Positions 48,746 to 57,926 of a DNA stretch of 64,000 nt are shown here, in pieces. The notes beneath the pieces are model-generated. The model saw only the letters and a list, made by a program, of their open reading frames with translations, made no database searches and was not told where the DNA came from. The first letter of the stretch is position 1, and every line of letters starts with the position of its first letter. The translations under genes were made by a program, and so were the position numbers. The stretch is from Candidatus Zhuqueibacterota bacterium (GTDB lineage: Bacteria; Zhuqueibacterota; Zhuqueibacteria; Oceanimicrobiales; Oceanimicrobiaceae): contig JAJDAF010000060.1 of NCBI GenBank assembly GCA_029261995.1, forward strand, positions 21,963 through 85,962, in the 5' to 3' direction.

Positions 48746-49418
48746 CTTCGCGCTCAAACTTCCAGCCGCCAACCATCGACGAGGTGGTGCCGCGGCCTTC
48801 GACATAGTCGTGGTAGAAGACCAGGTAGACATGCACGATGGTGAACACGATGAAGAACCACATGGCGATGTGGTGCCACTGCCGCACCGCGAAATCACCA
48901 CCCATCAATGGCACGACCCAGGCAAACATTCTCGGCAGAAAGGACTCACTCATGCTCGAATAGAGCGCAAATCCCGTGCAGGACTGGAACGCGAACGCCA
49001 GACAGGTCAGGAAGTAGGTAAAGCCCGCCAGGGCGTTATGACCGGTGGAACTGATGTCGCCGGCCTTTGCCTGCAGAATATCGACCTTTAGAACGTTGCC
49101 GATTTCGTCGAATTGCTTCTTGCGCAAGGGGATGAAGTTGGTCCAGCGCGAATGTTCGTTGCCGACGAAACCCCAATAGGTTCGCACCAGAAAATTGAAG
49201 AAGAAAATGAACGCCGTCACGAAGTGGGCGAAACGCACCGTGCCAAACCAGTACTGCTGGTAGGCCTCGCTCGAGTAGGAGATAGCAAGAGGATTGCCAA
49301 TCAAGTAGCCCGTGACGATCAGAACCGCGACGCAGAGCGCGTTCAGCCAGTGATATAGCCTGACAGGAAGCTGCCAGACATACACGCGGCGATAGTGAAC
49401 CGCTTGTGTTGTAGCCAT
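48732..49418 (-). CDS. hyaC: [NiFe] hydrogenase b-type cytochrome subunit
   Basis: 228 aa with four TM helices and conserved His residues. Position in the operon supports the call. Confidence 0.8.
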   Translation of the reverse strand: MATTQAVHYRRVYVWQLPVRLYHWLNALCVAVLIVTGYLIGNPLAISYSSEAYQQYWFGTVRFAHFVTAFIFFFNFLVRTYWGFVGNEHSRWTNFIPLRKKQFDEIGNVLKVDILQAKAGDISSTGHNALAGFTYFLTCLAFAFQSCTGFALYSSMSESFLPRMFAWVVPLMGGDFAVRQWHHIAMWFFIVFTIVHVYLVFYHDYVEGRGTTSSMVGGWKFEREDEHK

Positions 49419-49430
49419 GGCGCGTCCTCC

Positions 49431-51146
49431 TCAGTTGATCTTTATTTGATGCACATGTTTGCCGTCGGGGTCGTACAGGTGCACGGCGCAGGCAAGACAT
49501 GGATCAAAGGAGTGAATGGTGCGCAGAATCTCCACCGGCTGGTCGCTGTTGGCAACCGGCGTGCCGATCAGGGATTCCTCGTAGGCAGAACGCAGGCCAT
49601 TGCCATCTTTTGGTGACGCGTTCCAGGTGCTGGGAACCACAAGCTGGTAGTTGTCGATCTTCTTATCTTTGATGCGGATCCAGTGCGCCAGTGCGCCGCG
49701 TGGCGCTTCGGTCAAGCCTACACCCTCAGCCGTGTCCGGCCAGGTCGATGGTGACCAGTGGTAGTCGTTAAACGTCTTGGTGTCGCCGGCTTTGATGTTG
49801 GCGATCAGGCTGGCGTAGAATTCCTGCATCCAGTGCACCACCAGGCGTGTTTCGAGACCGCGAGCAGCGGTACGGCCAAGGGTGGAGAACAGCGCCGTAA
49901 CCGGTACATTCAGGCGGCCCAGTGCTTCGCCGATGACGTCTTTGACTTCCGTGTTGCCCCGGCCATAAGCCACAAGCAAGCGCGCCAGTGGGCCGACTTC
50001 CATGGGATGTTCTTTCCAGCGCGGCGTCTTACACCAGGAGTATTTGCCTTCGACATTGAGCTGGTCGTACGGTGGCGTCGGACCGGTGTAGTTGAGTTCC
50101 GTTTCACCGTCCCAGGGGTGCAGTCCGGTTCCGTCGCCTGCGGAGTACTCGTAGTAGGAATGCGAGATGTACTCCTTGATTTCCTCGGAGTCGCGGGCGT
50201 TGACTTCGTGCACCTCGTTCAGGTTGCGGCCCAGAATGGCGCCACGCGGAAACTTGAAGCTGTCGACCTGACCGTAGCCGTTGGTGGGCAGATCGCCATA
50301 GGAGAGGTAGTTGGTCAAACCGCCGCCCCATGAAGCCCAGTCCTTGTAGAATCCGGCCACAGCCATCAAGTCGGGAATGTAGACTTGCTCGACAATATCG
50401 ATGGCGTCCTTGATGAGTTTGCCCACGTGGTTGAGACGCTCGGTGTTGATGGCGTTAACCTCGTCGAGATTGATGGAACAGGGCACACCGCCAACAAGAT
50501 AGTTGGGATGCGGATTCTTGCCGCCAAAAATCGCATGAACTTTGACCAGTTCCTTCTGCCATTCCAGCGCTTCCAGATAGTGCGTGACCGCAAGCAGGTT
50601 GACTTCGGCCGGCAGTTTGTAGGCCGGATGACCCCAGTAGCCATTGGCAAAAATGCCCAGTTGCCCACTCTCGACAAAGGTCTTGACCCGTTGCTGAATG
50701 CTGGCGAAATAGGCCGGCGAGGTTTTGGGCCAGCTCGAGATTGAGCGAGCGACGCGGGAGGTCTCTTTCGGATCTGCCGATAGCGCACTCACCACATCGA
50801 CCCAGTCCAGGGCGTGCAGGTGGTAGAAGTGAATGACATGGTCCTGAACGTACTGTGCACAGAACATCAGGTTGCGAATCAGTTCCGCGTTTGTCGGAAC
50901 CGTGATGCCGAGCGCATCTTCTACAGTCCGTACGGAAGCCAGCGCGTGCACGGTTGTGCAAACGCCGCATGCGCGTTCGGTAAAGGCCCAGGCATCGCGT
51001 GGGTCGCGGCCTTTGAGAATTTTCTCGAATCCGCGAACCATGGTGCCTGAACTGTAAGCCTCAGTGATAACACCGTTATCGATAACAGCTTCGATGCGCA
51101 AATGACCTTCGATGCGCGTGATCGGATCAACGACGACTCGTGCCAT
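49431..51146 (-). CDS. hyaB: [NiFe] hydrogenase large subunit (group 1, membrane-bound uptake type)
   Basis: N-terminal RIEGHLRIEA and ERACGVCTTVH (L1). C-terminal DPCLACAVH (L2). All four ligands are Cys, so this is not a NiFeSe enzyme. Confidence 0.9.
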   Translation of the reverse strand: MARVVVDPITRIEGHLRIEAVIDNGVITEAYSSGTMVRGFEKILKGRDPRDAWAFTERACGVCTTVHALASVRTVEDALGITVPTNAELIRNLMFCAQYVQDHVIHFYHLHALDWVDVVSALSADPKETSRVARSISSWPKTSPAYFASIQQRVKTFVESGQLGIFANGYWGHPAYKLPAEVNLLAVTHYLEALEWQKELVKVHAIFGGKNPHPNYLVGGVPCSINLDEVNAINTERLNHVGKLIKDAIDIVEQVYIPDLMAVAGFYKDWASWGGGLTNYLSYGDLPTNGYGQVDSFKFPRGAILGRNLNEVHEVNARDSEEIKEYISHSYYEYSAGDGTGLHPWDGETELNYTGPTPPYDQLNVEGKYSWCKTPRWKEHPMEVGPLARLLVAYGRGNTEVKDVIGEALGRLNVPVTALFSTLGRTAARGLETRLVVHWMQEFYASLIANIKAGDTKTFNDYHWSPSTWPDTAEGVGLTEAPRGALAHWIRIKDKKIDNYQLVVPSTWNASPKDGNGLRSAYEESLIGTPVANSDQPVEILRTIHSFDPCLACAVHLYDPDGKHVHQIKIN

Positions 51147-52267
51147 TATGCTTTCCCTCCTTCAGCGTTTTTCTCATCACCGTTGGCTTCCTCGATCTGC
51201 TGGTCGATGAGATGTTTTTTGCGGATGTTAGTGGAAATAGCGTGCGCAGCAACGCCAGCAGTGGCCGCAAGGCCAACCACGGTGCCAACGGTGTCGGCTG
51301 TAGTTTCAATACCGAACCCCGGAAAGGACGCCAGGTGTTGATAGAAAGGACCGTTGTCCCAGAAACCATTCTCGCTGCAGCCGATGCAGCCGTGGCCCGA
51401 TTGGATGGGATAGCTGGTGCCTTCATTCCAGCGCGTGACAGAGCAAGCATTGTAGGTGACTGGCCCGCGGCAGCCCATCTTGTAAAGGCAATAACCTTTG
51501 CGGGCTTTTTCATCATCCCAGGCTTCCACGAACAGGCCGGCGTCGTAATAAGGCCGGCGGTAGCAGGTATCGTGCACGCGGCGGCCGTAGAACTCTTTCG
51601 GTCGGCCCTGGCCGTCGAGTTCAGGCATGCGACCGTAAACCAGAATATGAGTCACCACCGCGGTCATGACATCACCGATTGGCGGACAACCCGGCACCTT
51701 GATAACCGGCTTGCTGATGATCTCGTGAATCGGCGTGGCGCCGGTGGGATTAGGATTGGCGGCCTGAATGCAGCCGTTGGAGGCGCAACTCCCCCATGCG
51801 ATTACCGCTGCGGCGTCTTTGGCGGCTTCCTGCAGAATGTCCTCAGCAGTGCGGCCCGCGATGGTGCAGTGGATGCCACCGTCGTTTGTCGGCACCGAAC
51901 CTTCGACCAGGAGAATGTATTCGCCAGGGTAGTTTTTCATGGTGTCGTGCATACATTGTTCGGCCTGTGCGCCGGCCGCGGCCTGCAGTGTTTCGGTGTA
52001 ATCGAGTGAGAGGTAGTCAAAAATGACATCGGAAACAATCGGGTGAGATGAACGGATAAACGACTCGCTGCAGCAGGTGCACTCTTGAAAATGGAGCCAG
52101 ACGACAGGCGGCCTGGGTTTCTTTTCGAGCGCGTGGACGACACTCGTTACCCCTGATGCGTGGATTCCGGCAGCAGCAGCGGCAAAGCTACAGAAGCGCA
52201 GGAACTCCCTGCGGCTATAGCCCTTGGCCTGCATGGCTTGCCAGACGGACAGCTTGGTCTCAGACAT
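51146..52267 (-). CDS. hyaA: [NiFe] hydrogenase small subunit with a twin-arginine (Tat) signal
   Basis: SRREFLRFCSFAAAAAGIHA Tat motif and Cys clusters for the FeS centres. The stop overlaps the large-subunit ATG (TAATG). Confidence 0.9.
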   Translation of the reverse strand: MSETKLSVWQAMQAKGYSRREFLRFCSFAAAAAGIHASGVTSVVHALEKKPRPPVVWLHFQECTCCSESFIRSSHPIVSDVIFDYLSLDYTETLQAAAGAQAEQCMHDTMKNYPGEYILLVEGSVPTNDGGIHCTIAGRTAEDILQEAAKDAAAVIAWGSCASNGCIQAANPNPTGATPIHEIISKPVIKVPGCPPIGDVMTAVVTHILVYGRMPELDGQGRPKEFYGRRVHDTCYRRPYYDAGLFVEAWDDEKARKGYCLYKMGCRGPVTYNACSVTRWNEGTSYPIQSGHGCIGCSENGFWDNGPFYQHLASFPGFGIETTADTVGTVVGLAATAGVAAHAISTNIRKKHLIDQQIEEANGDEKNAEGGKA

Positions 52268-52674
52268 AACTCCTCCTGAATTCGGTTCGATGAACGGGGA
52301 CACAAACCCCGGAGTTATCGGAGCGACACAGCCTCAGATTGTGAGGGGTGCCATCTTCACTTGCTGGCGATTTTATGCCTCAAGTAGAGAAGGCAAGGGA
52401 ATATATGAAGGACATTATAGATGAGCCAACTATCACCCCTTCCAAAGAAGGTTGTTGCGATCGTGGATAAAAGGCTACGTGTGACTGGCGATAAGACTAC
52501 GAAAGGCGGATTTAGTTATCCGATGGTCATAATATTAATGAAGTAACTGTAAAATGTCAAGGCTTTTTTCGGATAGAATTATCTGTGCCCTGTTTGTTGG
52601 AAATGTGGGAGTAGCGTTACCTGACGAAATCAACCTTTGATTTTGTCACGATTGATACTTTTATTGCTGTCTCG

Positions 52675-53424
52675 ATGCGCTTTCGATGCCAATCTTTGAT
52701 GAAAGGAAACCACATGTTTCAGATGATTCAGTGTATTTGCGTGCTTGCTGTTGTTCTGGCGGGTGTTGGCTGCAACCAGGCCGAGTTGGAGCGGCTCGAC
52801 ACCGAGAATCAAGCCCTGCAGGAACAGAAGTCGAAACTCGAAGGCAAAGTCGCGGGGCTTGAAGCAGACATTGCACTGTTTGCACCCGCGCAGGAGCGGC
52901 TACGGTTCCTCGCCGGAAAGATGCGGGTGCTGAAGGCCAGGATTGTTACCAACCTTGGCGATATCGAGTTGTCTTTCTTCCCCAAGAAAGCGCCGATTCA
53001 TTGTTTTAACTTCTTGGTGCGCGCCGAATCCGGGTTTTATGACAACACCAGGTTTCACAGGATTATCAAGGATTTCATGATTCAGGGCGGCGACCCGAAT
53101 TCCAAAGACAACGACCCTTACAACGACGGCGCCGGTGGACCGAAGATCATGATTCCGCATGAATTCAACGACACCGTGCACGAACCAGGCATCGTGTCCA
53201 TGGCTCGGGGAGACAATGCCAGCGCTGGAGCAGGTTGCCAGTTCTTTATCATGCATGGCGCTGCGCCGCACCTGGATGGGCAGTACACGGCCTTCGCAAG
53301 AGTCGTCAAAGGCATGGATGTGGTGAACAAGATAGCCAGTCTGGAGGCGGTTACGGATGATCCGCGCCGCCGGGAGCAACCGGTGCAGCCTGTGATTGTT
53401 GAGACGGTTCGGGTTTTTTGGTAG
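52675..53424 (+). CDS. cyclophilin-type peptidyl-prolyl cis-trans isomerase with an N-terminal lipoprotein signal and coiled coil
   Basis: FHRIIKDFMIQGGDP cyclophilin signature. AGVGC lipobox. The start may be the M at 52714. Confidence 0.8.
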   Translation: MRFRCQSLMKGNHMFQMIQCICVLAVVLAGVGCNQAELERLDTENQALQEQKSKLEGKVAGLEADIALFAPAQERLRFLAGKMRVLKARIVTNLGDIELSFFPKKAPIHCFNFLVRAESGFYDNTRFHRIIKDFMIQGGDPNSKDNDPYNDGAGGPKIMIPHEFNDTVHEPGIVSMARGDNASAGAGCQFFIMHGAAPHLDGQYTAFARVVKGMDVVNKIASLEAVTDDPRRREQPVQPVIVETVRVFW

Positions 53425-53493
53425 TTATGCAAGGGCAGGGAAACACGGATGCCGGGGTTAGGTTCCAGGCAGAATAATTATCTTGACAAAAAG

Positions 53494-53520
53494 GGCAGGC
53501 GGGGAATTGCTCCCCGCCTC
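53494..53520. terminator. GC-rich hairpin between convergent genes
   Basis: AGGCGGGG aattgct CCCCGCCT. Confidence 0.4.
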
Positions 53521-53528
53521 GCTTCGGT

Positions 53529-53939
53529 CTATAATCTCCATCTACCTTCAATCCAAATCGAAAGACCACCTTCATCTATCCAGCGTCCGGGAATCCAGAT
53601 CGAGGCTCGCGGATGCAAGTCCCAATATCCGTCCATCCAAATCCACTGGAGCAGGTTGCTGTCCCACATCCAGTAGCCGCTGATCCACACTGCCCTTGGT
53701 GTCGGTCTGCGCGGAATGATTTGCGGTATGGTCGCCGGCGGCTGAAAACGGACGGAAGTCACTATTCTCGACGGAGCGACCGCCGTGTTGCGCGTGTTTA
53801 CGGTCTTCACGATGGCCACTTTTGCCGTGGACCTGGTGACTTTGGTTCGTCTACTGCCACGTCCGTTAGCATGTCCCTCTGCCACAAAGGCAGTGGTGAG
53901 CATGAAGGCTAAACTCATCAAACAAATCTTGCGTAGCAT
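53529..53939 (-). CDS. secreted protein with Trp-rich C-terminal repeats
   Basis: Signal peptide MLRKICLMSLAFMLTTAFVAEGHA. C-terminal WISGYWMWD / WIWMDGYWD / WIPGRWIDEGG / WIEGRWR repeats. Confidence 0.45.
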   Translation of the reverse strand: MLRKICLMSLAFMLTTAFVAEGHANGRGSRRTKVTRSTAKVAIVKTVNTRNTAVAPSRIVTSVRFQPPATIPQIIPRRPTPRAVWISGYWMWDSNLLQWIWMDGYWDLHPRASIWIPGRWIDEGGLSIWIEGRWRL

Positions 53940-54283
53940 TGTCAACACCTCCTTATCGGTATCGTGCATTTTCACACCTGTTGTTTGCAGTGCTCAATGA
54001 ATCAACCTTTGTGCCAAACATACTCACCTGCGGTTTCACTCCTGTTAACATCCTGATTTAGCAGAGCTAACGACGTCGGCATCTCGAAGCTACAAGGGTG
54101 ACGCAGGATTGTTTTCCGACCATTTCGTCGAAATTAGGGTCATCCTGGTCGTCTCTCAAGAAGTCATGATTTGCGCTGAATCAAAAATAAAGCTTGCATT
54201 GAATACGGTTTCTTCACTACACTATGTTAGTGAGCGATAACTAATTTAGTTCTGGCATCTGATCCTTAAACCGAGGAGAGAAA

Positions 54284-54829
54284 ATGTATCAAACCTGGAA
54301 ACTCTTGCTGGCTATCTCTTTAGTCTTGGCGCTGGGCTGTTCCCGCAACCAGCCAAACGATAACCATGCTGGAACAGAAAAAACAATAGCCGACGCTGAT
54401 GGCCATGGTCATGCTGACGACTCCACCGCCGACTCAAAACCAGAAACGTTGGTTTTGCCTGAGCATCTGTCGACCGTTCTACGCGCGGAGATGCGGGAAA
54501 TTGATGCAGGCATGGGCCGGCTCCTTTCTCACCTTGCGCTGGGAGACGGTCCCCGGGCCGCGGAGGTCGCTGAGAATATTCACAACAGTTTCATTCTCAA
54601 ACGCAACCTGAGCAAGCAGGATCTGAAACAACTGCTGGGTTTGCTCCCCGCCAAATTTATCCAGATGGATCGTGCTTTCCATGCCAAAGCAGGAAAGCTG
54701 GCGCAAGATGCCAACAGCGGAGATTTCACCGCTGCCATCAGTCTCTACGGAGAAATGGCGCAGGCATGTGTCTCGTGTCACGCTCAATACGCAGCGGCTC
54801 AATTCCCAGCACTGGCCACGAACGACTGA
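54284..54829 (+). CDS. lipoprotein class II cytochrome c (cytochrome c'-like)
   Basis: Lipobox LALGCS. Helical. A single heme-binding CVSCH near the C-terminus, as in cytochrome c'. Confidence 0.5.
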   Translation: MYQTWKLLLAISLVLALGCSRNQPNDNHAGTEKTIADADGHGHADDSTADSKPETLVLPEHLSTVLRAEMREIDAGMGRLLSHLALGDGPRAAEVAENIHNSFILKRNLSKQDLKQLLGLLPAKFIQMDRAFHAKAGKLAQDANSGDFTAAISLYGEMAQACVSCHAQYAAAQFPALATND

Positions 54830-54842
54830 GGAGCATCCGCCG

Positions 54843-55427
54843 ATGGCGCGACTACGCACAGCCGAAAGAAGAACCCAGATCATCGACAAGGCGATCAAGA
54901 TTATTCATACGCAGGGATTTGCGGGCCTGGCTATTCGCGAGTTAGCGAAACAGGTTGGGATTAGCGAGCCTGCCATTTACAGACATTTCGCCAATAAGGA
55001 TGAAATTATTCTGGGCATATTGGATCGGGTGCAGCAAATGGGCGATACCCTTGCAACAAGACTGAGTGGGACAGCATCGGGCAAAGAGAAAATCAGGCAA
55101 TTCATCTTGTTTCACTTTGATTTTCTGACGCAAAACCGGGAAATCACTTCGGTTGTTTTTTCAGAGAACATCTTTGAACCGAATTCCATCCTCAAGGCGA
55201 GACTTCGAGCCATCTTGACCTCCCGATACCAAATCCTGCGTGCTCTTCTGGATGAGGCCAGGCAAGAGCGAAACCTGGTTGATTTAGACCCCGATGATTT
55301 GGCAGTCCTGATTATCGGCAACATCCGGGTAATCGTTCTGGAATGGCGTCTTTCTGATTTTGAATTCGACTTGAGAGAGCGGGGAAACCGTGCTCTGCAG
55401 ACAATTGCGCAACTCATTTTCACTTAG
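54843..55427 (+). CDS. TetR-family transcriptional regulator
   Basis: IIDKAIKIIHTQGFAGLAIRELAKQVGISEPAIYRHFANKDEI is a TetR HTH. Sits upstream of the efflux operon. Confidence 0.8.
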   Translation: MARLRTAERRTQIIDKAIKIIHTQGFAGLAIRELAKQVGISEPAIYRHFANKDEIILGILDRVQQMGDTLATRLSGTASGKEKIRQFILFHFDFLTQNREITSVVFSENIFEPNSILKARLRAILTSRYQILRALLDEARQERNLVDLDPDDLAVLIIGNIRVIVLEWRLSDFEFDLRERGNRALQTIAQLIFT

Positions 55428-55482
55428 CGAATACAGCATAAGCGGCCGCTTACAGGCCGAGGCTATTTTTGAAGGAAGCACA

Positions 55483-56847
55483 ATGCACCAAAATCAAAGC
55501 AATCATTTCGCGGTTCCGCGATTAGGTCCAGCACTGCTTTTCATTGTTCTATCAGCTCTTCCGGTACTTGCCAGTACACCCGGTGAAACGGTCTCCTTGT
55601 CAACCGCGTTGCGGGCCGCCCTCGCTGACAATCCTGCGCTCAGTTCCGTCAGAAATAAGCGGGAATCCGCCAAAGCCAGGGTTGGCGAGGCTAACAGCGG
55701 TTTTCTGCCACAGCTCTCTCTTCTTGCCGGGTTCACACAATTTCAGGAACCGAATGTTATCGTCCCGATTCACGAAATAGGCGTGTTCCCGCCGCTGGAC
55801 GACCAGATTTATGAAGCCAGCCTGCAGTTGCGGTTGCCGCTCTTCAACGGCGGTCGCGCAATGGCGAACAAACGCGCATCAGTGGCTTCGGTCAAGGAGT
55901 TGCAGGGACAAGAAGAAATAGTCCAGACCAGTCTTATGGAGGGGGTCGGCCAGTTATTCATTCAAGGCAAAGAGGTGGAAGATAAGAAAAGCCTGGTTGT
56001 TGCCCGTATCAAATCACTTCGCCGGCGGCACCAGGAACTTGCTCTGCTTCTTAGAGAAGGTCGTGTTTCTCCTGCTGATGTGGCGATAGTCACCGCCTCG
56101 CTGGAAACGTCCCGAGCCGACAGCATTGATATCGAGGGTAAGAAACTGGAGATTGCCATTCGGCTCGGACAACTCGTGGGCAGCAGCCCCGTCCATCCAT
56201 CTCTAAGTCTCGACACAACAATGAGCATCGGCGAAACTGAGGTTCTTGACTTGCAGCCTGATTCATCCCTGACCTCAGCTTTCGGGCCAAGGGTCGTACA
56301 GGCGCAGTCGCAACTCCAGCGTGCCGATGCGTTGCGTTCGTTCGCGAAACGCAGCTTTTGGCCGGACATCAACGGCTTCGCAGGCTATAACTACCGCTCC
56401 GGGGCAGACCTTGAACTCATCGGAGAATGGGCCGTCGGGATTACACTTCGCCTACCGCTGTTTGAAGGGGGGCGCCGTTTTGCCAGCGTAAGAACGGCAC
56501 AGGCATCGTTGCGTGCCGCTGAAAACAATCTTCAGACGGTTCTACAAACGCAAGAGGCAGAACTGCAAATCGCTGAAGAACGCTGGCGGTCGGCCCGAAT
56601 GCGCGGGCAGTATATTTCCGGAGCCGTGGCCAGCAAAATGAAGTCTACAACAGCTTATCAACAAATGTACAAAGCCGGGCGGCTCTCGCTCAGCGAACTT
56701 CTGGTGCAGGAAACTGAACTACTGCAACTGCAAATCCAGGAGAGAAGCCTGCTATATCTGCAAACGCTGGCGCTTCTCCACTATCACGGCACAGCCGGAA
56801 GGTTAACGGAGAACAGCGTAAAATTGATTGTAAGGAGCATATTATGA
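55483..56847 (+). CDS. TolC-like outer-membrane efflux channel
   Basis: Signal peptide and two-repeat OEP architecture (LSTALRAALADNPAL...). The ORF opens at 55390, but the signal-peptide Met is at 55483. Confidence 0.7.
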   Translation: MHQNQSNHFAVPRLGPALLFIVLSALPVLASTPGETVSLSTALRAALADNPALSSVRNKRESAKARVGEANSGFLPQLSLLAGFTQFQEPNVIVPIHEIGVFPPLDDQIYEASLQLRLPLFNGGRAMANKRASVASVKELQGQEEIVQTSLMEGVGQLFIQGKEVEDKKSLVVARIKSLRRRHQELALLLREGRVSPADVAIVTASLETSRADSIDIEGKKLEIAIRLGQLVGSSPVHPSLSLDTTMSIGETEVLDLQPDSSLTSAFGPRVVQAQSQLQRADALRSFAKRSFWPDINGFAGYNYRSGADLELIGEWAVGITLRLPLFEGGRRFASVRTAQASLRAAENNLQTVLQTQEAELQIAEERWRSARMRGQYISGAVASKMKSTTAYQQMYKAGRLSLSELLVQETELLQLQIQERSLLYLQTLALLHYHGTAGRLTENSVKLIVRSIL

Positions 56848-57926
56848 CCCAATGGCATCTTTCTCCAGGAAGAATTTTTGACTCACTCAAATCTGCAATA
56901 AAAGGTTTGTGCGTCGTGATTCTGTTCACGCTCTGGGGCTGCAACAAGAATCTTGACCAATTGCAGGAAACGCGCCCGGTGGCGGTAAGGGTTACGAAAC
57001 CTGCAGTCATGGATTTGAGTCATCGTCTTTCCTATATGGGCAGAATCCAATCCAGGAAGGATGTCAAAATTATTGCACAGGTTCCTGGCACTGTTATTGA
57101 CTTGCCGGTCAAAGAGGGCGGCAACGTATCAGTAGGGAATGTCGTCGCCCGCATCGATGCACCCGAGCTGCAGGCGGCCGTGGAACGATTGCAAGCCGAC
57201 AAAGAGTATTGGTGCCGTCGCTATGAGGCCGACAGCCGATTGATGGAGATGGAGGCGTTGCCGCGCGAACAGATGGAGTCGAGCAAACGCGCTTGTTTGA
57301 GCGCGAGCGCCGCGCTTACGGAGGCGAAGTCACGACTGGCAAAGACGGTTGAGAAGTCGCCGGTTCAAGGAGAAGTGCTGAAGTGGTTTGTGGAATCCGG
57401 TCAAAGCGTCATGTCTGGGCAGCCCATTTTGCTGCTTGGCAGCGACAGCCTCGAGATACAGGTCGATGTCATCGAAGAAGATTTGGGGCGCGGAATTGCT
57501 CCCGGCATTCGGGCCGTGATTGAACTTGGCGCAGGCAATCAATCAGAATCATTTGTTTCAGAAATTGCCCCGGTCAGCACCGGTTTTAGCAGAACATTCA
57601 GTGTCAAACTGCCAATAACTCGATCTCCTCGGAACCATCTGCGAAATGGCGCATCTGTAAACGTCTCCTTTATTTTGGGTACAAGCAAGGGCGAACTCGC
57701 TGTTCCGGTGACAGCAGTTGCCAGCCGAGATCTGGATTCGCACATTTTTGTTATTAAGGATGAACATGCCTTCCGCCAGCCCGTGACGCTCGGAATAGAG
57801 CAGAAAGGTTGGATCGCGGTCTCCTTCCCATGGAACAAGACGGATTTTATCGCAACATCCAACCTCAGTAACCTTGATGATGGGACGCCGGTCTTCAGTG
57901 TGGCCGTCGAGGGAGCGCAACCATGA
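56844..57926 (+). CDS. RND efflux membrane fusion protein (HlyD family)
   Basis: 4-nt overlap with tolC. Lipoyl/barrel motifs VVARIDAPELQAAV...SPVQGEV. Confidence 0.75.
   Translation: MTQWHLSPGRIFDSLKSAIKGLCVVILFTLWGCNKNLDQLQETRPVAVRVTKPAVMDLSHRLSYMGRIQSRKDVKIIAQVPGTVIDLPVKEGGNVSVGNVVARIDAPELQAAVERLQADKEYWCRRYEADSRLMEMEALPREQMESSKRACLSASAALTEAKSRLAKTVEKSPVQGEVLKWFVESGQSVMSGQPILLLGSDSLEIQVDVIEEDLGRGIAPGIRAVIELGAGNQSESFVSEIAPVSTGFSRTFSVKLPITRSPRNHLRNGASVNVSFILGTSKGELAVPVTAVASRDLDSHIFVIKDEHAFRQPVTLGIEQKGWIAVSFPWNKTDFIATSNLSNLDDGTPVFSVAVEGAQP

Noticed and set aside
49431-51146. Whether the hydrogenase is a [NiFeSe] enzyme, given the selenoprotein found elsewhere
   Set aside because: The C-terminal L2 motif is DPCLACAVH with Cys, not TGA-encoded Sec. 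There is no in-frame TGA in the large subunit.
53470-53530. TTGACA ... TATAAT pair looking like a sigma70 promoter
   Set aside because: The spacing is about 41 nt, and the intervening sequence is a GC hairpin that serves better as a convergent terminator.
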